A DNA stretch of 64,000 bases from Caecitellus pseudoparvulus (lineage: Eukaryota > Protista > Bigyra: Bicosoecida): assembly GCA_965644315.1 (NCBI GenBank), contig CBFFRQ010000056.1, positions 457,423 to 521,422 on the forward strand, written 5' to 3'. A program made the translations under genes and the position numbers. Positions 9,901 through 20,551 of the stretch are shown here, piece after piece; position 1 is the first letter of the stretch; every line of letters starts with the position of its first letter. The notes beneath the pieces are model-generated. The model worked only from the letters and a program-made list of their open reading frames with translations, made no database searches and had not been told where the DNA came from.

Positions 9901-10609
9901 CGTTTCCGCCGCCGACGCTGCCGCACACGCCGCCTCCATGCAAGCCAAGTGGCAAGCCAGCCAGCAGCGGCTGGAAGGCACCCGCCAAGCGGCAGCAGCC
10001 GCCTCCCCAGAAGGCTGTACCTTCGCCCCCCACATCAACGCCTTGCCAGCGTACCTGCGCGAGGCACCACGCAGCTCCAGGCGGCAGTCTGGGGGGGGGA
10101 CCCTTGACCAGGGCTCTGCAGGGGCGGATGAGGGGGCGCCGCGCCAACTCCTGGCGCCCCACCCCGCGGGCTGGCAGGCCGCCGTACAGCGGTCCAGCAA
10201 GGGCCTGCAGGAGCGGGCTCGCTCCCGTGCTCGGGAAGCCATTGCCAGTGGCATGTTGCTGCGCGGGTCGCCCGCTGCGGCCCTGCCCAGCTCCCAGCAC
10301 GACGCCTTTCCCCAGCACAAGGCTGTCGCAGTGCGACCAGTGCGACACTTGGCAGACGATGCCGACGACCTGGCGCAGCTGTACATGACCCAGGTGTACG
10401 GCGGGGGGGGTGCACGCGCACCCGTGCCAGGCCCAGCAGCCGCGACAGCGTCAGAAGCAGAGGAGGGTGAGGCAGCGGACCCCCCCTCACCGTCGGAGGG
10501 GACCCCCCCCGGCGGCGAACTGGAAGGCAAAGCTGCAGGCTCTGCTGCGGGACCAGGCTCGTGGCAGGCCCTCCTGCAACTTGCTATGCAGGATGGCAGT
10601 GGCTCCTGA
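6953..10609 (+). CDS. Large low-complexity Ala/Pro/Ser-rich protein with a 23-aa tandem repeat, coiled coils and TFxPxI motifs
   Basis: Long ORF 6752..10609, likely ATG 6953. LTFRPKISP and CTFAPHIN motifs; no recognisable enzyme domain. Confidence 0.65.
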   Translation: MAHHSVASTNTSSLLSSDDDAALDDMQRRIAEALAAVAAPAPPYAEQAPAPTQATPTPAPAPAATEDTSPRQEQGAPSTPPKEELQSFHAEPAPAASTADAPAAAAPAPTTPSPPASQENKPATHRHRSCSWVDDDDTTIDSDSLSQPGHEPAEPSAPDVPAAASHTQIPAARQGSPGHGFTTAASASPASLGGSSSGVGGAGEQGAASASPASLGGSSAGGAGEQGAASASPASLGGSSSGVGGAGEQGAASASPASLGGSSSGVGGAGEQGAASASPASLGGSSSGVGGAGEQGAASASPASLGGSSSGVGGAGEQGAASASPASLGGSSSGVGGAGEQGAASASPASLGGSSSGVGGAGEQGAASASPASLGGSSSGVGGAGEQGAASASPASLGGSSSGVGGAGEQGAASASPASLGGSSSGVGGAGEQGAASASPASLGGSSAGGAGEQGAASASPASLGGSSSGVGGAGEQGAASASPASLGGSSSGVGGAGEQGAASASPASLGGSSSRSVGNASMIEPSSQVAPATREQEPSAFPFAEPVASQPVTPAAGGSTAQSAFPRAELPLEPGAGAQGTPEAVKNASTPSQSRFPSASGAFATPSARQGGRRRRVQRRALPAALQRAAASQQATPSRRSAPRGFGSSTKRSERGAGVSPTALRAPIGVPVTPDGVVANAAARDRERQARLDTLKAQLEAEEAADLTFRPKISPFAQRWAKSRDETDVVQRLSKQPKRVVKGCGGIPAAQAPLRGKAAEEAAEREAEEARNRIAAHARQYMKKHADLAAERTAFVRAHGGVGPALFAEAQVRQQRQRQREADADANAKAASLRSTPGAATLRVVPCSVQGKSVKTEPLPPSTAGSVASSLSAGSGPSSPTTISARYLHLSCPRQRSAKALTRAQIEAAARQSKLSPSSKAARAKSVARRQAEAVQAVKQRHQAAASMRAKVPDIGAAPPPLPFTATGPHSLTAQSQPHKQAVSAADAAAHAASMQAKWQASQQRLEGTRQAAAAASPEGCTFAPHINALPAYLREAPRSSRRQSGGGTLDQGSAGADEGAPRQLLAPHPAGWQAAVQRSSKGLQERARSRAREAIASGMLLRGSPAAALPSSQHDAFPQHKAVAVRPVRHLADDADDLAQLYMTQVYGGGGARAPVPGPAAATASEAEEGEAADPPSPSEGTPPGGELEGKAAGSAAGPGSWQALLQLAMQDGSGS
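7502..8498 (+). repeat. Coding minisatellite, 69-bp unit (AASASPASLGGSSSGVGGAGEQG), 14 units plus a partial
   Basis: 12 units of 69 bp and 2 variant units of 63 bp from 7502 to 8455, then a partial unit. Confidence 0.95.
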
Positions 10610-10871
10610 CGGTGCGGGGTGTTGTAATGTACAGGATCATGTTTCGGCAAGCGCGTGCGGCAGAGGCGAGCCAACCCCCCCATAGGGACTGCTCTCCCCC
10701 GAGCAGAGATCCCGAACCGACACAGTTCCCCAGGGCAAACGAACAAATCCACGTAGATACGAGCTCTGCGGGTTCCGCCTTGCCCCCTGAGCCCAGAGCT
10801 CCCGTGCCCGCGAGACACGTAGCTTGTCAAGCTGCCTGGCTCAAGTTCCGCTCTGAGGCACTTCGTCGCCC

Positions 10872-13800
10872 ATGAGCGAAGACGACCCCGCCCAGACGCC
10901 CTCGCAAGGCCCGACACGGAGCCATGAGTGTTGTGCTTTGACATCACCCCGTGATGCCGGCCTCCTAGACGAGTACTCCTGGTATTGGTGTAGCTGTCGC
11001 AAGGGGGCTCCAGCGTCCCCCTGCGACGAGGCCTGCACCCGGCTGAACCCCCAACGCAAGCTGCTGGTCAAGCACCTGGGTCTGTTGGGGAACAACCCTG
11101 AGTTCATTCTCTGGCATTCCTTGTGAGTCGTGGGGGCCCCCTGCTTGGGAGCCGGCCACAGCGTCAGCTCTTCACCCACTTCCCTGCTGCTGCGAAGGGC
11201 GTGCATCTTCGCCCATGCTGCCTTCGACGCACACTTCCTTCCCCCTCCCGCCACCACCTGCGCAGCATGGACGTGGTGGAGCTGAAGCTGGAAGGTATTG
11301 GGCTGGCTCTGATAGGAACCCTGGCTGTGATGATGCAGGCGAACTGGCTCATGGAGAAGTGGAAGCTTGCAGTGGGTGCGTTCTTGGCGCCCGCCCAGCT
11401 CACCACCCCCACGGCCTCGCAAGCTCCTCCCTGGGCTCTGCCATGCGCAGACACTGGAATTCGCTCTGTCTCTGTAAATGGCACCTCTGAGCAGTTCATC
11501 ACCTACCAGCACGAGGAGTGGCCTCAGGTGCGTTCCGTCGATTCGCCAGCAGCAGGCACGAGAGAGAACGGCACGCGCAGTCAGCCCACCCCACCCCTTC
11601 CCCCCCACACACACAGCAACCTACGTGGTGGTACGGTTTTTTGTTTCACTGGGCACTGGGCAGCGTCTTGAGCACGTACACGTTCATGGTGCTGCCTTGG
11701 CACTTCTTCGTGAACTGCAGGACGCACAACCGCCCTCGCTGGTGCTGCACCATGCTGTCCACCCTCGGGCCTCAGTTCCTGGCGTACATGGCAGTGTACA
11801 CGTACTCCTCGACCTACGGAGTTTCACTGGGCCTGAACATGGTCATCGTCGCCTTCTTCTTCTTCATGAATGTGCGTGCTGCGTGCCTGCCCCGCCACAC
11901 GCCTCGCTGCATGTCCACTTCCCACGTCCACCTCAGGTGCCCATCGCCGGCATGGCAGCGTACTCAGTCTCAGACACGCTCTCGCAGCACATCAGCTGCG
12001 GCTTCCACCTCTCAGCAGTCATCTCGCTGCTGTCCAGCGTGCTGGGGACTGCCATGTTGCTGTACCTTGCGCCACTCTTCTACGCCAGTGACACGGGCGG
12101 GCGCCTCTTCTTGCGGCTCGTGGTGTTCACGATCTTCCTGGAGCTGCCCGCAGCCGTCATTCGCGGCTGCTCCCGTTTTTGCATCTCCACGACGTACCCC
12201 ACCGATCGCACGCTGTCGCTGCTGAGCATCGTCATGATGACGTCGGCTGTCTTTGGTCGCTTCCTGTCCACCAACATGCGCACGACGGGGGAAACGGTGC
12301 TGGTGTCTGTGCTGCTCATGTTCCTGGAGATGGGCCTGCGCTTCTCCCTCGTGCAGAGAGACAATTTCTTCGCCTGCTGCTGCTCGGGCTGCTGCGGGCC
12401 GCTCGTGCGGGACTGCCAGTGCGGCTTCCAGCAGCGCGAGCAGGAGCGCGACCGAGCCAACACGCGCATGTGGACGAGCTTCATGCTGCTGGACACGCTG
12501 CTGGAAGATGTCGCCATCCTCCTGGCTCTGCCGCTGTCCCTCCTCATCAGGCAACCCCCCGCACCTGGCGAGGCGCCGCTGGACGCGGGCACCATCGTCT
12601 TCCGCGTCTTCATCCAGTGGTTCCTGGAGCTCATCGTGGACCTCGTCCCCGCCATCGCCTACTTTGTCATGGCGCGCTGCCTGAACTTCCGCACGGTGTA
12701 CATCGGCAAGGACACTGCAGATGACTTCGCGCTGTCCACGCGGCAGCTGCTGCCCCTGGTCGGCACCCGCTCCCCATCCACTGACTCATCCACCACCAAC
12801 CGCGTGGGCGCAGATGTCGCCTCTAGCTCCAGCAGCCCCCACCCCAGTCGGAGTGTTTCCCCTGCCTGGCGGGCCACAGCCGTGGCCACGGCGGTGGATG
12901 CGCCGGGGGACCCCGTGACCCAGGCTCCTGGCTCGGCGGCTGTCGGAGCAGACAGCGCCCTGGGAGCTGCCGAGCGAGGGCAGGCGCCTGCACCGCCGTC
13001 CCATGGCCCGCCAGAGAGCGCTGCCCCGGACCAGGAGGAGGTGCCCTCTGCCTACCCGGAAGCCACTCTGGCTGTGGGGCAGCCACGCCGGCGTTCCACG
13101 GGCAGCAGGGGCAGTGAAGGCCTCATGCTGGCGGCAGGCGGCGCGACGAGCGGCACGGGGGGGGGTGAGGGCGACGAGGAGGACGACGGGTTCGACCCGC
13201 TGGATGACATGTGCTTTGCTGAAGGGCCGGACACCTACCAAGGGCAGGGCGGCGGCGTCCCCTCCGCTGCGGGAGCCAGGCACGCCGAGTCGGCGTACGT
13301 GCAGGCGGCGTATGCGGGGGAAACCACAGTGGGGGTGCCCAACATCTCCGTCGGCATGGAGACTTCAGAGGGGGGTGGGGTGTCTGCCAGGCACGACACG
13401 GGCGGGGGGGGAGCCAGTGGCCAAGCCCCCTCTTCGCTGTTGACGGCTGGCACCGAGGCAGCCAGTCGCCCGAGAGGCCAGGCTGCACCGTTTTTCGACG
13501 ACACTGGCTTCGACTTCAAGGGCTCCGCTGAGCGCCTGCGCCAGGGAGACAGCGACATGGACGAGACGAACACCTCGAACATGCGCCCGAGGCGCCTGCA
13601 GGCCGGCTCGGACACGCACTCGGGCCCCCGAGCACACACGGGCGCGGGGCGACCCCATGTGGACACATCGCCGCCGAATCGGACCGGCACAAGCTATGCG
13701 TCGCCGCCTGGCTCCTCGGCCTCTGGTGTCGCCCCCGGCGTGCATGGCGTGCAGTGGGAGTCTTGTCTGTTCCGGGTACTGTGCTGCTTCGCCAGGCAGA

Positions 13801-14963
13801 CCTGCGTGCCTGGCAAGGACGGGCAAGACTGCTGCTGCTACGCCTGCGAGCGTTTCTGCTGCTGCTGCTGCCACGGCAAGTCGGCCCTCTGCTGCATCCA
13901 GCACCTCACCGCCAAGCAGCTGCGTGCGCGCAACGCGACAGCAGAGCGTCTGCGCAGTGAGTTGCTGCCCGAGGCGCTGGCGGAGCGCCACCCCGTGTGG
14001 ATGCTGTACCGCATTCCCACCATGCGCTACCTGCACCGCAAGGTGGCGCCTTCGGAGCGTTTCTCGGTGTTCATGCGGTACGGCGGCGCAGCTTTGCAGG
14101 CGGCCTACATCAAGGCTGCCGAAATGGGAGATTTGGAGACGAGGGTGCCCCGCAGAGCCTCTGGGTTCGTGGACGCGGCGCCTGTGAGTGACAACACCGA
14201 GTTGGACGAAGCCGCCAGCTCGGCGTGGGTGCACGAAGCAGTGCGCATTCTCATGGTGGAGGCGCTGACGGGGCGGCAGGTGCAGAAAGGCAGGTGGGTT
14301 GTGCCTGTGCGTGAGCAGGACGCAGACCAAGACCGGCTGTGGGCGGAAGTGCCGTATGGTGCCACTCCGCCTGAGGTGCAGGCGGCACTGGACGAGCAAC
14401 GGCAGGCGAGCGAGGGTGGGGGGGGGCTCAGCAGTGGCCGCAGCGAAGACCCTGTGCGGTCTGAGACTGTGATGGCTCTGGAGGAGGAAGCGACGCGAAG
14501 TCGCTCGCGCGGTGGCGGCTCGGCGATTCGCATGCAGGCCTTGGCTGACGTACAGTCTCAGTCTTCTGGGCGGCGGGTGCCGTTGCCACAGGACTACTCA
14601 TGCGGACTGTGTGGCCTGAGCACGAGCCCGCTGCGCCCACCAGCGTACAGGTACGTGGCAGGCAAGGTGACCATGCGTGGGGCGCCTGCCTACCCCTCCT
14701 ACATCAACCTGGAGGACTTCAGCCACCGACTGTTGCTGTATTCGGAGCTGATGGCGGTGCGGCACATCCATGCCTGGCACAGCAGGTTCCCGGGGTACTT
14801 CCCGCTGTTCGGGGTGCTGGTGTTCTCCTTCATGCTGTACGCCCTCCGCACGTACTACTCCGTGTTCTGCCCCACCGGCGACCCGGACCGCCCCACTGAG
14901 TGGGTGTGGGACTTCTGCAGTGCCACGGCAGACGACTTGCAGGGGTGGAATTTGGGGGGGTGA
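10872..14963 (+). CDS. Uncharacterised multi-pass membrane protein, paralog A (multi-exon)
   Basis: Exon 1 10872-11122, intron to 11265, further short introns. Shares GNNP, ELK..GL, RL..F...ELPA, GRFL.TNM, ED..I.L.LP and CP.GDPD.P..W..DFC with paralogs B and C. Confidence 0.7.
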
Positions 14964-15148
14964 CGCGATGCCGCGCGGCAGCGGCCTGCGGCATGTGCCA
15001 TAATACAGACTACGTGACCACCCCGCACGCCCCAGTGCTGTGAAGCACCGCCTCTCCCAACCTGTGCCGTCGTGGAGTCAGCCCAGCACGCACAGCTGTA
15101 GTGCCGGCAAGGCGCCTGCAAGGCCAGGCGCTGGTTTCGTGACGCAGC

Positions 15149-16786
15149 ATGGCTGCAGAGACGCTGGCAACCCTGTACACCACCCCTCCAGATATCATCT
15201 ATCGAAGTGACCGAGATGCTGAGGGCAGGTGCGTGTGTCCGGCCTCTGTCGCGCTGGAAATCGTGTCACAGCCGTGCTTTCCCGCATGAAACGCTGATGG
15301 CACGCCCGCCGTTTACGTGGCGTGCCCGACAGCTGGCCTGCGCATGGGACTTTGCACAGTTTTCCGCTTCCACTTTGCAGGTTGGATTCCAGCACGCCCA
15401 TCCAGTTTGTGCTGACCAACATCAACCCTGAGCTGCGCAAGAGCATCACGGCGCACGCCAAGAAGCTGCGGGCAGAGGGGCAAGACGACGACCAGAGCAT
15501 TTCTGACGCGTGCAAGCAGCACGTGTGGGTGGAAATCGTCTACTTTGACGGCGAAACGCCTCAGCGCTTCGTCCAGTCTGCCGTGCCGTCCACCTCCCCC
15601 TGGCCGCTGCCTGACGTGGACATGGCCCTGGACGCCGTCGGCATCCGGGCGTACCTCCGCCGCACCTCCCTCATGATCTCCTCCGCCCACGCCAAGCGGC
15701 CCTTCCGCGTTGCATTCGTCGTCGTGTACGGCGACCGCTGCACCACTGTGAGTGCGGGCTACACGGCGCAGGCTGCAGCACGGCCCCTCAACACCCCCCC
15801 CTCCACCCCCCTCACAGCTGCTCTCCAAGCCCTTCCGTGTGCTGGAGAAGCGCGCGAAGAAGGCCTCCTCCGAGAGCAAGGGGCAGACGCTGGAGCCGCC
15901 TGTGGAGGTGCCGGGCGAGCGCGTGGCCATGCTGCGCCGCATCCGCATGGCATACGCGCTCCTGCGCAGCGTGGCACTGGAGAGCCACAACGCCAGCATG
16001 ACCGCCACTGCCGTCACGCCGACGTCTGCACAGGACGCCAAGCGCGGCAAGAAGCGCCGTCTGGGCGGCGGGGACCTCAGTGACGACCCCGCCGTGGCCG
16101 GCGCCCAACGCAGGCTGCTCGCCGCTGGCGCCACGCTGCACGAGAACCTGGCATTGAACATGACCACGGGGGACATGCCGGAGGCAGATCCGAGCATGTT
16201 CGGCGGCATGATGGGCGGCATGTTCGGTGACAATGGCTCTGCCATGGCGGCAGCAGCGGCGGCGGCGGCGGCAGCAGCAGCGGCCGCCTCAGGCAGTGCC
16301 ACCGGCGCCAAACGCCAGCGGCTGGAGGGGGCAGGGGGTGATGCCGCCGCCGCTGTGGGGGCGGCGTCCGCCCCCATGTACTGCATGACGGCGCTGCCGG
16401 GCATGATGGGCGCCTTCCCGCAGTACGCTGCGGGCATGGCGGGCATGCCCATGTACGTGCAGCCCGCATCCGACGGACACAGTGCCGGCCCCTCAGACGC
16501 GCCAGTGAGCGTGGGCATGGCAGGGCAAGGGCAGGGGGGGGGGGGGCACGAGGTTGGGGAGGGTGGGCAGCCCCCTGCCTTCGCCCAGCCACAAGTCTCC
16601 CTCATGCCCCATGCGGGGGCCATGTTCCTGCAGAGCATGCAAGGACGGCAGGACTCGCTACAGATGGGCCCATACACCTGGTCCGGCCCGGGAGGGGAGG
16701 GCGGTGGCGGGCTGCCCCTGGCTGGCGTGGAGAGCGCCGTCTCGCAGGCGCCATCTCGGGCGGCGGAGCCAGCGCCCCAGGAGTGA
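15149..16786 (+). CDS. Putative transcription factor (possible CudA/STAT-like Ig-fold DNA-binding domain, NLS, Ala/Gly/Met-rich tail); exons 15149-15228, 15381-15747, 15818-16786
   Basis: GT-AG introns join the frames cleanly. ISSAHAKRPFRVAF...LSKPFRVLEKR pattern; KRGKKRR basic patch; poly-Ala tract. Confidence 0.55.
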
Positions 16787-16800
16787 GCAATGCAAGCGCA

Positions 16801-17922
16801 TCATGTCGCCCCCCCCTCCCGCAGCTCCGCCGCCGCCACCTCCTCCGCCACCGCCGCATCCAGCCCTGCCGCCATGAGGGCTGCCCGCCGCGCGAGAAAG
16901 GCTGCCGCGGCGGCCTTGGCATCCAGGGGCTTGGGCGAGGGGGTCTGCGTGGCGGTGTCTGCCGTGACCGGGTCCTGTGCCACGCTCCCGTCCCCCTGCA
17001 CAGAGGCGGTGGCGACGCCCTCGCCCTGCACCTGCTCCTGCCGCCGGGGACGCACGTGGCCCAGCTTGGCGTGGGTGTACTCCTGGGCCTTGGCCTGGGA
17101 CTTGGCGGCGGCATCTGGGCCGACGGGGACCCGGGACACCACCCCCTCCCCTGAAAACGTCCACCTGTGGGACTCCATGGCCTGTGCCTGGCGCTTGGCG
17201 TGTGTCGCGGCCATGGAGTCCAGGTCCAAGCCACGTGTGGTGAAGCGGTCAATGAGGCTGCGGCGCTCCGCTGGGCTGCCGTGGAAGTACTTGTTGTACA
17301 CGTCTGCGTCCTCGGGCAGGCGGCCCTGGGGGTCGTACACGGGGAGGAAGTGGTTGTGCACGGGGGAGCGCGTGTACGCCCAGCTGCGCGCCGCGGCGTC
17401 CTGCACGGCGCCCCACGCCTGCCTCAGCAGGGGCATGCTGTGCCCCACCTGCACCACGTGGAACATGTTCAGCAGCGCCAGGAGCATGATGCACCACAGC
17501 AGCACAGTGCAGGTGTTGCGGACACACGTGTCGAAGCTGCCCTCCTCATCAGGGTCGTCGATGTGGGTCTTGCTCATGAGCCGCAGCCGTCGAATGCGGG
17601 CCCACTCCTCAATGCTCACGCCAGGTGGCGGGTCCAGCGGCAACTCGTCGTCCTCGGTGAATGACACCCAGTCGTCGTCCTCCTTTTGGTCATCTCCACC
17701 CTCACCCGCGTCGCTGTCGCCCTCATCATCATCACTGTCGGCACCGGCAGCGCTGGCGCCTGCGCCCGCTTGCGGTAATTGCCGAGCGTCAAACAGCACC
17801 TCGTCGCTGGCGTCCAGCACTCCCACAGGACTGCCGTCGCTGCTCAAGTCGGAATCGTGCTGCACTCGCTTTATGCCAGGCATGTCCAGCAACTCCTCCA
17901 AGTCGCCATCTGAATCGTCCAT
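16801..17922 (-). CDS. Hypothetical single-pass membrane protein with an acidic N-terminus
   Basis: 373-aa ORF with one hydrophobic segment (TVLLWCIMLLALLNMFHVV). Confidence 0.6.
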   Translation of the reverse strand: MDDSDGDLEELLDMPGIKRVQHDSDLSSDGSPVGVLDASDEVLFDARQLPQAGAGASAAGADSDDDEGDSDAGEGGDDQKEDDDWVSFTEDDELPLDPPPGVSIEEWARIRRLRLMSKTHIDDPDEEGSFDTCVRNTCTVLLWCIMLLALLNMFHVVQVGHSMPLLRQAWGAVQDAAARSWAYTRSPVHNHFLPVYDPQGRLPEDADVYNKYFHGSPAERRSLIDRFTTRGLDLDSMAATHAKRQAQAMESHRWTFSGEGVVSRVPVGPDAAAKSQAKAQEYTHAKLGHVRPRRQEQVQGEGVATASVQGDGSVAQDPVTADTATQTPSPKPLDAKAAAAAFLARRAALMAAGLDAAVAEEVAAAELREGGAT

Positions 17923-18218
17923 GTCTGGACGACGGGACGAACTTCCTGCCGACCAGCTGTCGAGCTGGCCTCGCAGCGCCCGCAGACTTCAGCACCTGTT
18001 CCCACGTGCTGCGCTGACACAGCTGGTGAGACAGGGCGCAGGGTCTAGGCATTGCTGTCCTGCTTGTGGTGGGTATTGCACCTGCTGGAAAATGAAACAG
18101 CTCAGGTCAGTGTGCGAAAACAGCAGCAGAGAGATTACTGGTGGCCATTTCAACCAACTCGACCGGAGTCTGGCCTCACGGTCTATGGAAAACTTAGCGT
18201 TTCTCGGGCCTGCATTGC

Positions 18219-20429
18219 TTAATCACCAGCCAGCTGCTTCCGGCATCGCTCATCCCCGTACTTTTGCCTGTATGCTGCAAGCAAGTGCGCAAAGGAGCCG
18301 CCACGGGGCGCTACTTCGCTGCTTGGCTCGTGCCTGGGGACGTACGCAGCTTTGCGGGCAGGCGAAGGAGCAGGAGGCTTGCGTGCGGCTGGTGTCGCAG
18401 GTTTGGCAGAACCACGGCTGATGTCACGTCGACGTGGCGAGTGCAGGGCCGCGTCTATGTCCAGAAGTTTGCCCCGAATGCAGGGTGTGGCAGATGCAGC
18501 GAAGGCGGTGAGCGAGGCCTCGGCACCCACCAGCAGCGCCGGTTCCCTGTGTGGAAGTCGCGAAGCAGGAAGCCCAACGTGATGTTCACGCACTGCACTA
18601 GCGGGTGCTCTGCGGGCCCGGTCCACGACTATGGAACAGGACTGCTTTGCTACCGAACCAGTTTGCCTAGCCTGCCCCGGTTGAGCGGCGTCGGCACTGC
18701 GTTCGCGCTGCCTGTGTCTCCACGCGACCTGCAGCGCCGGCCCAGCAGGGGCAAATTTCAGCGGCACAGCGGCGATGGATCGCCCCAGGCACGCGACGGC
18801 GCTGGACACGGCGGCCCCCCACGCGCCCCACTCGACATCCGAAGCGTCCCCGCGAAACGACACTGTTTGCTGGCAAAACCACACCTGCCGCACTATGGGC
18901 GCGGACTGCAGCACGCCTGCGCTGGCATCCACCAGGCACCTGCACGGCGACCTCCGCCTGGCTTGGGCGGAGCTCCTTTGGTGCAGAGCGGTGGAGCCCT
19001 CGGCACGTCCCCCCGTCGTGCTATTGATGAGTTCCTCGCAGAAGGCTCGCTGGCTGTCACGCAGCCAGTGCAGGTCTGCCTGCGACAAGGCGCCGGCAGG
19101 GGTGTCTGCCGCCCACACGTGGCTGGTGGTGACGGCGATGACCAGCGCGCCGCCCTGTGCTGGAGAAGAGTGGCCGTCTGACCCCGGAAAAGGCTCAAGG
19201 CGCACGGCTAGTTGACACGGCTGGGCCGCGTGGCACTCCCGCACCGCCTCAAGAAGCCCCGGCAACCGGCCCTGTGACGTGACAGGAACCGTGCCGCTTG
19301 TGCTGTCCCACTGCAAAGCCGGGCCGTGAAGTGGCACGAAGCGTGCCAGAGGATCAGCTTCCCGGTGCCCGAAGGAGGCGCTGGCCCCCACGAGCAGCTT
19401 GCCGTGCCAGGCGTGCAGGAGTTCCCGCATGCATGCTATGAGGATGCCATCCTCCCCGAACAGTGGAGCGGCGCGGTGGCCACCCGGGGGCGGCGGCAGG
19501 ACATCTGCGCAGTGCAGCACACCTTGAGCGCCCCCCGCAACACTCAAGCAGAGCGGTGCAACACACTCCAAGAAGGCGCGGCCGGGACTGTGGAGTGCTG
19601 ACGTGAAGTTTGGGCGAAGGGAGCTGGCTTGCCGCGCGACTCCGCGCATCCCGCCCCATCGCAGCTGCAGTGCACCATCAGCACAGCGCTTCGCACTGGA
19701 CATACAGGCACTGCTGTCCCTGCTCCAAATCGGTGCTGGGTGCAGGTATACGTAAGTGTTGAGCAGGCCACGAGCATGGGACACCTCCACCTGCAGGGCA
19801 GCCCGGTCCGCCTCTGCAGCCAGGACTGCAGACGCGGCAGACTCAGTCCATGCTTGCGAGGCCGCAATGGTTTCACCAAGGGAGTTCACTCGTTCCTGGA
19901 CAGCTCTCACAGCGGCACTGAGCTCCGCAGCCGCGGCACTTGCGGGCGGGCCAGGCGAGGCCACCGGAAGTGAAAGGCGGCGGGGTTCGTCTGCTGCAAC
20001 CGCAGCGTCAGCTTGCTGAGAGCAGACGATCGGCGAACTTTCCGCAAGCCGAGTTTCGGAGGTTCCTAGCAAAGGAATGCTGACGCTGAGGCTCTCGCGC
20101 TGGACGCAAGGGGAGGTGGAGCGGGGTCCAGGAGCAGGGCTGCCGAGCACCAGCTGAAAAGGGTGCTGCCTCGCTGCCAGCTTCAAGTCACGAAAGGACT
20201 CCTTGCACGCTGAAAAGGGCATTCGCGTGAAGTCATGGAGCACCTCACCGTCTATGGTTTCTGCACGAAGCAGCACTGCGCCAGGTTGCACCCCTGCCCC
20301 AGGTTCATGCAGGTTGGAAGCACATGCTGCGACGCAAGCGCCATTGGAACACCTTCCTCTGGATGAGAGGGATATTCCCACCTGGTCATGCTGCACAATG
20401 AGCCGCGTCTCGTGCGTGAGCAGGTCCAT
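18219..20429 (-). CDS. Hypothetical protein, possible N-terminal PDZ-like domain
   Basis: 736-aa ORF. The N-terminal VGISL...GVQPGAVLL...IDGE....PF.LVL pattern resembles PDZ; short coiled coil. Confidence 0.5.
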   Translation of the reverse strand: MDLLTHETRLIVQHDQVGISLSSRGRCSNGACVAACASNLHEPGAGVQPGAVLLRAETIDGEVLHDFTRMPFSACKESFRDLKLAARQHPFQLVLGSPAPGPRSTSPCVQRESLSVSIPLLGTSETRLAESSPIVCSQQADAAVAADEPRRLSLPVASPGPPASAAAAELSAAVRAVQERVNSLGETIAASQAWTESAASAVLAAEADRAALQVEVSHARGLLNTYVYLHPAPIWSRDSSACMSSAKRCADGALQLRWGGMRGVARQASSLRPNFTSALHSPGRAFLECVAPLCLSVAGGAQGVLHCADVLPPPPGGHRAAPLFGEDGILIACMRELLHAWHGKLLVGASASFGHREADPLARFVPLHGPALQWDSTSGTVPVTSQGRLPGLLEAVRECHAAQPCQLAVRLEPFPGSDGHSSPAQGGALVIAVTTSHVWAADTPAGALSQADLHWLRDSQRAFCEELINSTTGGRAEGSTALHQRSSAQARRRSPCRCLVDASAGVLQSAPIVRQVWFCQQTVSFRGDASDVEWGAWGAAVSSAVACLGRSIAAVPLKFAPAGPALQVAWRHRQRERSADAAQPGQARQTGSVAKQSCSIVVDRARRAPASAVREHHVGLPASRLPHREPALLVGAEASLTAFAASATPCIRGKLLDIDAALHSPRRRDISRGSAKPATPAARKPPAPSPARKAAYVPRHEPSSEVAPRGGSFAHLLAAYRQKYGDERCRKQLAGD

Positions 20430-20551
20430 GGGGGAAAGTCACCGCTGAGCAACGCAGGCGAAACGCAGCTTCCTGCAACGCTTCGTGGCGTGGCTGGTCG
20501 AGCAGAGAGCAGTTTGGGCCAAGGTGAGGCTTGCAGATGGAAAAACAAACT

